Source: Proteromonas lacertae
Lineage: Eukaryota
Assembly (NCBI GenBank): GCA_002245135.1
Contig: NGBS01000890.1
Coordinates: 110,324 to 130,323, forward strand
Length of the DNA: 20,000 nucleotides
Direction: 5' to 3'
Made by a program: the position numbers and the translations under genes. A model generated the notes under the pieces. That model did not search any database. It had not been told where the DNA came from and saw only the letters and a list, made by a program, of their open reading frames with translations. This document shows positions 10,438-18,743 of the stretch, in pieces. Each line of letters starts with the position of its first letter. Position 1 is the first letter of the stretch.

Positions 10438-13239
10438 TTAATAAGAATCAGTATAATTTCCATCATAATTTAGCGTAGCTTCTTCTAATAATCTAATCAA
10501 CTCATTCTTTGCTCTTTGACATGCATATTTTGTATCACCTTGAATTAATAAGTGAAAAAAAGAGAAGAATTAAGAAATCTGTTTTTACATATACAATAAC
10601 ACTTAAAAAAAGATATATATAATTTCTTTTCTCCAACTGCTGGTTTTCTATTTGGAGGAATATACGTTCCTTTACTTACAACACCACAACCAGTTAAATC
10701 CATAATTCTCTGTCTTGTATCAGTTTGAATAGCTTTAAACCTAGCAGATTGTGGATAATCATTGATAATCAATTCTTCTTCATAAAACTTTTTCTGTTTA
10801 ACACCACTAACATCAGTAATTCTACTTTGTATATCCTTTAAACATTTCATTGCATTCTCTATTATTTCATTATTCATACCACTATTCTTAGCACAATTTA
10901 ATAGTGTGTTATAAACAGCTTGAAAATCTTCATGAACATTTGACAATGCTATTTTCTCAGCTTTGTTTTCTTTCTCTCTTTCCTTTTCTCTTTGTTCTTC
11001 AGCCAATTCAACTTCTATTTCTGTTGTTGCTTTACCACCAGCTGCTATTTTAGCATCTTCAAAATCTGAATCTTCTTCATCTAAATTAGCCACTTTATCT
11101 CTTAATGCATCTTCTTCTACTCTCTTTAATTCTTCTTCATATTCTTCATTCTCTTGATCTTCATCTTCTGCTTCTATACCAGCTTCACTTTCATATTGTT
11201 GTTTTAATATCTTTTTCCTTTGTTGAACTTTCTTCATTTCATCTTCATCAAATTTATAACCTTTTGTACTATAACCACTTATTCTTGATTTCGCTTTACC
11301 TGCTAATAATTTTGCTTTAAATGCATTTACCATCTTTTCTAATGCATCTGGCACTTTTTTACCTGATTTCTTTAATGCTTTGGCTATATCATGAGCATAC
11401 ATTTCTTCTTCTGGAGTAATAAATGTATAAGCAATTCCTTTACTACCAGCTCGACCAGTTCTACCAACTTGATGAATATATGCTTCAAGATGGTTTGGAC
11501 AATCATAGTTAATCACTAAATTAAGATCTTTTATATCCAAACCTCTTCCTGTTACAGAAGTTGCTACTAATATTGTTCTTATTTTGTTCTTAAAATCAGC
11601 TATTGTTTGATCTCTATCTGATTGATCTTTACCACCATGTAATGATAAACCATAATATCCTGCTTTCATTAGATTTGCATATATCTATTAATAATATATA
11701 ATAATAATAATAATAATAATTTAATACTGTATCACATTTATCTTGAGTATCACAAAATATCAATATTATTCCTTTTGTATAATTTTCACCTAATATTTGT
11801 AATAATCTATTCCATTTATCATTCTTTTCCCTAATCTCAATTATCTGTTCAACTTCTGGAGCTACAGCTGTTCTTCCACCAATAATAATCTCAATTGGTT
11901 TCTTCAATATTCTCTTTGCTAATTTCTCTACTTTATCAGGAAATGTTGATGAAAACATAACAACTTGTTTATCTTTTCGAATATTAAGTAATATTTGTTG
12001 AATTTGAGGTTCAAATCCCAAATCAAACATTCTATCAGCTTCATCTAACACTACATAAGACACTCGATGTAAACGTACTAATTTTGAATTATTCATACAT
12101 AACATATCAATCATTCTACCCGGCGTACAAACTACAATTTCACTACCTCTCTTTATATTACTAATTTGTTCATCTAGAGAAGCATCACCATAAACAGCTG
12201 TTACATTTATACCTAAAACTTTACTAAATTTCTTTGTTTCATTATATATTTGTATAACTAATTCTCTAGTTGGAGCAACAATAATTGAAATTGGTCCATC
12301 ACCAGGTTGTAATGCTGGTTGATTTAATATATGTCTAAACATTGGTAATAAATATGCTAATGTTTTACCTGAACCAGTCTTACCTATACCTATCAAATCT
12401 CTTCCACTCATTATTACTGGAATTGATTGTTGTTGAATTGGAAATGGTTTGGAATAATTGTATTTTTTTATTACATTTAAGATAGAATCAATAAAACCAC
12501 ATTGCTCCCATTCGGTTATTGGAGCAGGACAATCACTTCCTCTTATCTTTATATTCTCTTTACTTCTTATTTGTTGAATTTCATTTTTAGTCATATTCTG
12601 TACAGATCTTGTTGGTATGTATAAATTCTTTCTTATTGGAATATAATCTATTTTGGATTGATCTATTCTTTTGATTTCTTTTTTCTTCATTTTTTCCTTT
12701 AGTAACTCAAACGTAGATTCTTCTTCTTCTTCAAATATTTCTTCAACATATTCATCAGTTTCTAAATCATTGTTTTTATCATCTCCATACAATATTTCTT
12801 TACATTTCTTTACATTTTCTTCCTTCTGTTTAGCTAAAGCTTCTTTAAACTTCTCATAATATTCATCTTCATCTAATTCTTCATTTTTATCATCATTATG
12901 GGTTATTGTTGGTTCATTTTGTTGAGTTGATAAAATAGCTCTCTCTGCTTCTTTATTTATTTCAGCCATATAAACATCTAATGGATCTATCTCATTTTCT
13001 TCCTTCATTACTTGATCTCTTGCTGTTTCATCTCTAGAAAGTTCAGGTAAAAGCACTATTGATTTAGATAATGAAATATTTACTCTTTCTTCATTCACAT
13101 AGCATGCTTTGTTAATCTGCCCTTTATTTTCACATAAATTTGAATTATTTAGTGATCTTGTGTTATTATCTGCTAAAATCTATTCATAGAAAACCCGGAT
13201 ATATTATACTTTTACTTCATTCCTTTTGTTAGACAACAT
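10438..13239 (-). CDS. PRP5: Spliceosomal DEAD-box RNA helicase Prp5/DDX46 (~887 aa, 4 exons)
   Basis: Exons 13239-13210, 13179-11728, 11684-10617, 10551-10438; introns 30 nt and 43 nt (GT-AG) and 65 nt (AT-AC). DPLD motif (EIDPLDVYM), Q motif, GKTGSGKT, APTREL, TPGRMID, DEADRMFDLGFEPQ, RGLD, GRTGRAG. The C-terminal ELIINDYPQSARFK...KGTYIPP...KKLY|LLIQGD...AKNELIRLLEE is typical of DDX46/Prp5. Confidence 0.92.
10552..10616 (-). other. U12-type (minor spliceosome) AT-AC intron, 65 nt
   Basis: Minus strand: ATATCTTTTTTT...TTTCTTAAT (10577-10569)...TTTTTTCAC. The 5' site resembles ATATCCTT and the branch site resembles TTCCTTAAC, about 18 nt from the AC end. Removal restores the frame into the conserved C-terminus; the internal GT..AG options (24, 22, 16, 10 nt) do not. 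Confidence 0.85.
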
Positions 13240-13562
13240 ATTTCTTGATTGATTTTTTCTGTGAAAATAATTTTTCATTAACCCATTTTCTATTTCTTTC
13301 GTTTTGAGTTGTTTATATAAACAAAAATAATGAAAATCAGTATAAATGATTGAATAAGTGGTACAACTGGTATATGAGTTTCATTCCGAGGATAATATAT
13401 ATAAGTAGCTAATGTTGGAATGATAGTATTATCAAAAGAATTCTTAAATATATAATAAAAAATTATGATTCTATTATTATTTTTGATATTATTGATGTAT
13501 TTTTTAAATTAAATAATTTTTATTCGTTTCAAATATTTGTGTTTCATTATTTCATTTTAAAA

Positions 13563-14846
13563 ATGCTGGACGATATAGCCAAAAAATTTCATCTTGATAT
13601 AACTTGGTACTATATTATATTCATTTATTGCATAATGGTGATATACGGAATGTGTGATAACGCAAAATCAGTAGTATTTCCTCTAATTAAACTAGACCTG
13701 AATTTAGATGATGATACACAAGGGTATTTGGTTGGAACATCATTATATGGATATAGTGTAGCTTGTGTATTAGGTACATTGATAATGCCTTTCACAGGGA
13801 TAAAGAAGTCTTTTCAGTTGGCATTTTTCATAGTAATTTTAGGATTTTATGCAACTATATTAGCTCCATCATATTCTTATTTATTTCCAGCATTATTCAC
13901 AATCTGGATGGGTTTTGGTATGATTGATATATCGCTGCATTCTCTTGGATCAGCTATATTTACCACAGATACTTCCATCAAATACACAATCATGCATTTC
14001 TTTTTTGGATTTGGTGCAATTGTTGGACCTTTTGTAGTAGGTGGAATGAAAAACTATATGAATGAATCTTATAGAAGTGTTTATTACTTTTTACTCTTCT
14101 TAGTTTTATTCTTATTTGGTTTTGCTTCATTTTCTAGCTTTGAAATAACTGAAGTTGAAAATAGTGAATCAGTTATGAATATAAAAACATCAATAAAAGA
14201 TCCAATGGTTTGGTATATTGGCTTTATATTAGGCTTAATGGAAATATGTGAATTAGGAATAGCTAATTGGAGTGGATTATATTTCCATGATGTATTTGGA
14301 ATGGATGTAACAAAGGAAGGAGCTTGGTTTTCATCTGCTTATTATTTTACATTTACATTAGGAAGATTATTCTTGGGATATTTTGTTGAAAAAATAGGAT
14401 ATATGAGATCATTGTATATATGTTGTTTAAGTATAATTGTTATAATGATAATATCATTTTTTATTGGTAAAAATGGTATTTATTTATTGTTATTTGTTGG
14501 ATTACCAGTTGGACTAAATTGGCCAATTACTATGTCAATAGGAGTGAAAATATGGAAAGAAAAAGCACCAATCAATTCTTGTTTTATTATATTCTTACAA
14601 TCTACAATAAATTCATTATGCCAACTTGTTATTGGAAATTTAAATAAATATATTGGACCTGGATGGGGATTTAGAAGTATTGTTGTTTATGTGTTTATTA
14701 CATTCATTTGTTTGGTCATTTTAAATAGATTTATTGGTAAGACATTAGATGAAGCTCATGAAGAAGAAATTAAGATGAAAAAGAGAATAAAGATAAGGAG
14801 AAAAGAAAAGAGAATGAAGTTAATAACATTAACCAATCACTTATAA
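13563..14846 (+). CDS. Major facilitator superfamily transporter, FucP/TsgA-like (~427 aa, intronless)
   Basis: First ATG at 13563; about 12 hydrophobic segments. GFGMIDISLH, MHFFFGFGAIVGP, ELGIANWSGLYF and FTLGRLFLGYFVEKIG resemble the fucose-permease-like MFS branch. Substrate unknown. Confidence 0.85.
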   Translation: MLDDIAKKFHLDITWYYIIFIYCIMVIYGMCDNAKSVVFPLIKLDLNLDDDTQGYLVGTSLYGYSVACVLGTLIMPFTGIKKSFQLAFFIVILGFYATILAPSYSYLFPALFTIWMGFGMIDISLHSLGSAIFTTDTSIKYTIMHFFFGFGAIVGPFVVGGMKNYMNESYRSVYYFLLFLVLFLFGFASFSSFEITEVENSESVMNIKTSIKDPMVWYIGFILGLMEICELGIANWSGLYFHDVFGMDVTKEGAWFSSAYYFTFTLGRLFLGYFVEKIGYMRSLYICCLSIIVIMIISFFIGKNGIYLLLFVGLPVGLNWPITMSIGVKIWKEKAPINSCFIIFLQSTINSLCQLVIGNLNKYIGPGWGFRSIVVYVFITFICLVILNRFIGKTLDEAHEEEIKMKKRIKIRRKEKRMKLITLTNHL

Positions 14847-14937
14847 CTGGAGAAATTTAAGTTAAGGTATTTATGATATATATTTTGTTGTTTTGAATAT
14901 TATTAAACTCAGTTAAAAGAAATAATTACAGCAACAA

Positions 14938-15663
14938 TTAAATTATACTGATTTTACTATTCTTTACTAACTCATCCAACTCTTTTCTAATCTTCATCAA
15001 ACTATTAAAATATCTTTCATATCGAGGAACTAATAGATTTATATCACTTGATATTTTAGATATTGCTGGATAAGAAGCTGTAATATACTCTGCCTGTTTG
15101 AATGCTTGAAGAGTTGATTCTGGATGTGAAAGAATAATAGCGGAGGATAAGAAAAAGTTACAAAATGTCTCTTGATATTCTGGTTGAATAGATATAAAAC
15201 CTTTTGAATAACTATTATAATTTACTAAATAAATAACAAATACTCTTTTTGAAGTTTTTCAGCTATTTTATCACTTTTAGATACTGTATCTCTGATCTAT
15301 TTAGTTGTAAAAACAGAATTATGTGAATACAATTCGATTAATGTATGTAATACTGCCTATTTGCTGTGATAAAGATTTTTCTGATATTATATCTTTATAT
15401 TGTTCTTCAAATTTTTGCTTTTCTAATTTTCTTGTCAACTAAGAGATTAAATTACAAATATACTTCGTAGTATGTTGTAAAAGCCTTATCTAACTCTTTT
15501 AATACTTCAATATATGTCGGAATAGGAATTTTTATATCATTTACTTCCTATACTGATAAACATATGAAAATACTTCTTCAATATTGTATTTCTGATTTAA
15601 ATACTCTAAACCATTAAATGATTTTTTTCTGTCATCATCCCAAACGTTCTCACTCTCTTCCAT
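14938..15663 (-). CDS. HAUS2: HAUS augmin-like complex subunit 2 (AUG2/Cep27)-like protein (~202 aa, 5 exons)
   Basis: Exons 15663-15574, 15547-15464, 15438-15331, 15296-15244, 15211-14938 (introns 26, 25, 34, 32 nt), in frame. VSKSDKIAEKLQKDYSKGFISIQPEYQETF and RYFNSLMKIRKEL resemble plant AUG2 segments as recalled. The gene model is firmer than the family call. Confidence 0.62.
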
Positions 15664-15726
15664 TTCGAAAATAAATTCAAATTTTAAAAATAAGCTTGAT
15701 TTTGATTTGAAAGTCAGAAAATTAAA
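15664..15726. promoter_or_regulatory. Probable ultra-compact bidirectional promoter
   Basis: 63 nt separate the divergent ATGs at 15663 (-) and 15727 (+). Confidence 0.4.
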
Positions 15727-16228
15727 ATGCCAAGATTTACAGTATATTAACATACTAGTAATTATTTATAGATATTAATCGTAGTACTATTGTTTGGCCT
15801 AGCTATTTGTAATGATGGAAGAGGATTTGGAGATAAATATGACTGGCATAATCTTGAAGATGGGTTAAAACTATCAAAAGAACAGAACAAAGTTGCTATG
15901 ATAGTGATTCATAAATCATGGTGTGGAGCTTGTAAGAGACTTGCTCCTCAATTTGCAGAAAGTGAAGAGATATTAAATCTAAGTGCACAGTTTGTTATGA
16001 TAAACGTTCAAGATGATGAAGAACCAAAAGACAAGTTATATGCTCCAGGTATGTAAAATTTATTTTAATTCATGAATAGATGGTGGTTATATTCCAAGAA
16101 TTTTGTTTATGAAGCCTAATGGTGAAATAATATATGAGGCAAATAGTGGAAATAAAGGATACAACTATTTTCATTCATCTCCAGCTAGTATAGTGAAAGC
16201 CATGGAATATGCTCTTGCCAATTCATAG
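15727..16228 (+). CDS. TXNDC12: Thioredoxin domain protein TXNDC12/ERp18-like (~146 aa, 3 exons)
   Basis: Exons 15727-15741, 15772-16048, 16080-16228 (introns 30 and 31 nt). Signal peptide, GRGFGDKYDW, IHKSWCGACKRL (CGAC active site), FVMINVQDDEEP, PDGGYIPRILF. Confidence 0.88.
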
Positions 16229-16559
16229 ATTATTATATTAATAAAAAGGTAACATAAATAATTATGTTTACATTCTTTTTTTAATAGATTTGATTAATAA
16301 ATATCATACATTCATTTCTTTACTGCTATAAAGAAATAATGATCAACTTATTATACATATATATCCACAATTACATAAATATCCATAATTAAATATTTTC
16401 CCTTAAATAATTCAACAGTATCTTCATTATATGATTATTTTAGAGTTTCGGGTATTAATATATTCATGTGATAGTTTAATAAAGTATAAAAACAAAAAAA
16501 TAAGAAAATTTATAGATTTGGCTTGATTTGCTTTGAAAATAAACTAAAATTTCTTAACA

Positions 16560-18582
16560 ATGGAAGGATTTGAATGTATAAGTGGTGAATATTTAGTATA
16601 TTAGAATGATATTTAATATAAAATAGCTGATAAAAGTGATAAAGAAGAATGAGTTATCTGTTTTATTAGAAATAAAGAAAATAAAAAAGTAATAAGTTAA
16701 AGTTTGTGAAGATTTATTGCCGAAATAATGTGAACTTGAGATGTGTAGACGATTTTGTAGAAAAGTTAGAAAAATTGAGAGAATTACAAATTCCCAATGT
16801 TTTGATGTATGAAAAATACATAATTAATGAAAAATATGTTATATTGAAATGAAAAAGTATGATAATAATTTAGAAGGGTTAATGTTAAAGAAAGAGTTAA
16901 AAGAGATAGAAATAAATGAAATAATGTTTAAAATTGATAAAAGCTATAAAGATATTACAAGAGAATGGTATGATATATAACAATATCAAATTGAATAATT
17001 TACTATTGGAAGAAGATGGAGATATAATGATAGTTGATAATTTAAAGTATTTATTATTGAAGTATAGAATTGATAATATAAAAAGTGATACGGATGATAT
17101 AATGTATTTAAGTCCAGAAATACTAAATAAAGAAAAAATGAATATAAAAAGTGATGTGTGGAATATAGGAATGGTATATTATACATTATTGACAAAAGAA
17201 AATCCATGTAAAACTGATTTATCATGTTTTTCAATAATACCAATAACTTCGTTTAGATATGAAAATAATAAAAAACTGAATCAATCATACAATAATATTT
17301 TATCTAAATTACTCACAGTGGATGAAAAAAAATCGAATGACAATTGATGAATTACTGTTCCAAATAAATATGATTTATTTGATGGAATTATTGGTAGAAG
17401 AGGAAAAAGAAAAAGCAAATAAATTAATGAGAGAAATGACAAATAATAATTCTCAAAAGATAATTGTGAAATGTATGAGATGATAGGAGATTATTATTAT
17501 GATAATGTATATTTGAATTATTTATTGAATGATTAGGAAGATTATGTAGAAGCGCATTCATGTTATAAAAACGGATTAAAATATGCTATGACATATAATG
17601 AAAAAAGAATTCTTTTATAATAGTTTAGGATGTTGTTATACTGATATGGTATATAGATATAATAAATAATATTGAATAGAAACATTACAATAAAGCAATT
17701 ACATGTTTTAAAAAAGCTTTACTATTTTGTTCACCAAAAGAAAATAGTGATAAATTTAATATTTTAAATAATGGAAATATTATAATAATGGAAATAACGT
17801 TGGTTTTCCAATTATATGTACATTTGTTTCAAAAAACTATTTATCAAAAGATGTAAAATCATATTCAAGTAAAGAAATGAATTATTATAGTATAGGAGAA
17901 TGTTACAGGAGGATGGTATACTCTAAATATCAATAACTGTAATAGAATCATTATGCAAATGCAGTTTCTTATTACAAATCGCATTGAAATATTCTATATC
18001 AGATGAAAATAAAGAAAAAAATAATAGAATGGTAGGAGATAGCTATTATGAATTGGTATGCATATTATTCTAATTGTTACTAGAAGGATTATGAAAAAGC
18101 AATTCCTTACTTTTTAAAAGCAATAAAATATCCTTCATCATACGAATATAGAGGATTCAGTTGTAATAGTTTAGGTTGTTGTTATTATAATTTAGTATAT
18201 TCATTAATATTAAGCTAAATAGAAAAATTATAATGAAGCAGCAAAATATCATCAAATGTCTTTAGAATGTTCATATAATGAAAATGATAAATACAACGAA
18301 GCCATAAATGTAGCAAATTGTTATTTAATGTTGGGAGATGAAGAAAAGACAATTCACTATTTAAATGAAATAAAAGAAGATATATGCGATGATTATACAA
18401 AATATTTGTATAATAAAGCAATGGGAAATTATTTTCTTATTATTGTATTAATTGTTTCTAATATATTTTGTAAATAGAAAGAAAAAGAAAAGAGCATTGA
18501 TTATTTGGAAAAATCCTTAAAATATGCTAGTTATGATTATGAAGTTGAAGATATTAATTCATTATTAAAAGAATTGAATTAA
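16560..18582 (+). pseudogene. Pseudokinase + TPR-repeat gene with multiple frameshifts (pseudogene or assembly indels)
   Basis: ATG 16560, intron 16596-16626. Kinase fold: YNNIKLNNLL, IVDNL, YLSPE, KSDVWNIG, DEKNRMTIDELL. TPR repeats follow (e.g. LGCCYYNL|KNYNEAAKYHQMSLE), ending at TAA 18580-18582. Frame changes are needed near 16685, 16835, 16930, 17330, 17445, 17610, 17770-17880 and 17978. Confidence 0.78.
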
Positions 18583-18743
18583 AGAAGTTAATATTCTTCC
18601 ATAATTACACCATTTTACTATAAAGATATTCTATATTGCAATTTTAACACAGTTATGTTAATAATGAGAATGCGTATGAAAATGTGTATGAATAATACCA
18701 ACATAACAATACTTATATAGAACATTAATAAATATCCTTCTTT

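Noticed and set aside
10579..10602. GT-AG intron alternatives inside the Prp5 AT-AC intron
   Set aside because: Possible lengths of 24, 22, 16 and 10 nt do not restore the frame of the conserved C-terminus.
2880..11727. Poly-Tyr runs in track proteins and (TAT)n microsatellites at about 2889-2910 and 11700-11720
   Set aside because: Both lie inside inferred introns, so they are not coding; ordinary slippage repeats.
16680..17350. Euplotes-style programmed +1 frameshifting or stop-codon reassignment in the kinase gene
   Set aside because: Shifts go in both directions and are not consistently at AAA-stop sites. Intact genes use TAA, TAG and TGA as normal stops.
3543..18421. Short track ORFs 3543-3725, 4127-4345, 5854-6105, 6801-6986, 8764-8970, 10963-11157, 11105-11320, 12671-12859, 16986-17243, 18215-18421
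   Set aside because: Antisense or off-frame shadows of real genes, or low-complexity AT-rich intergenic ORFs, with no recognisable motifs.
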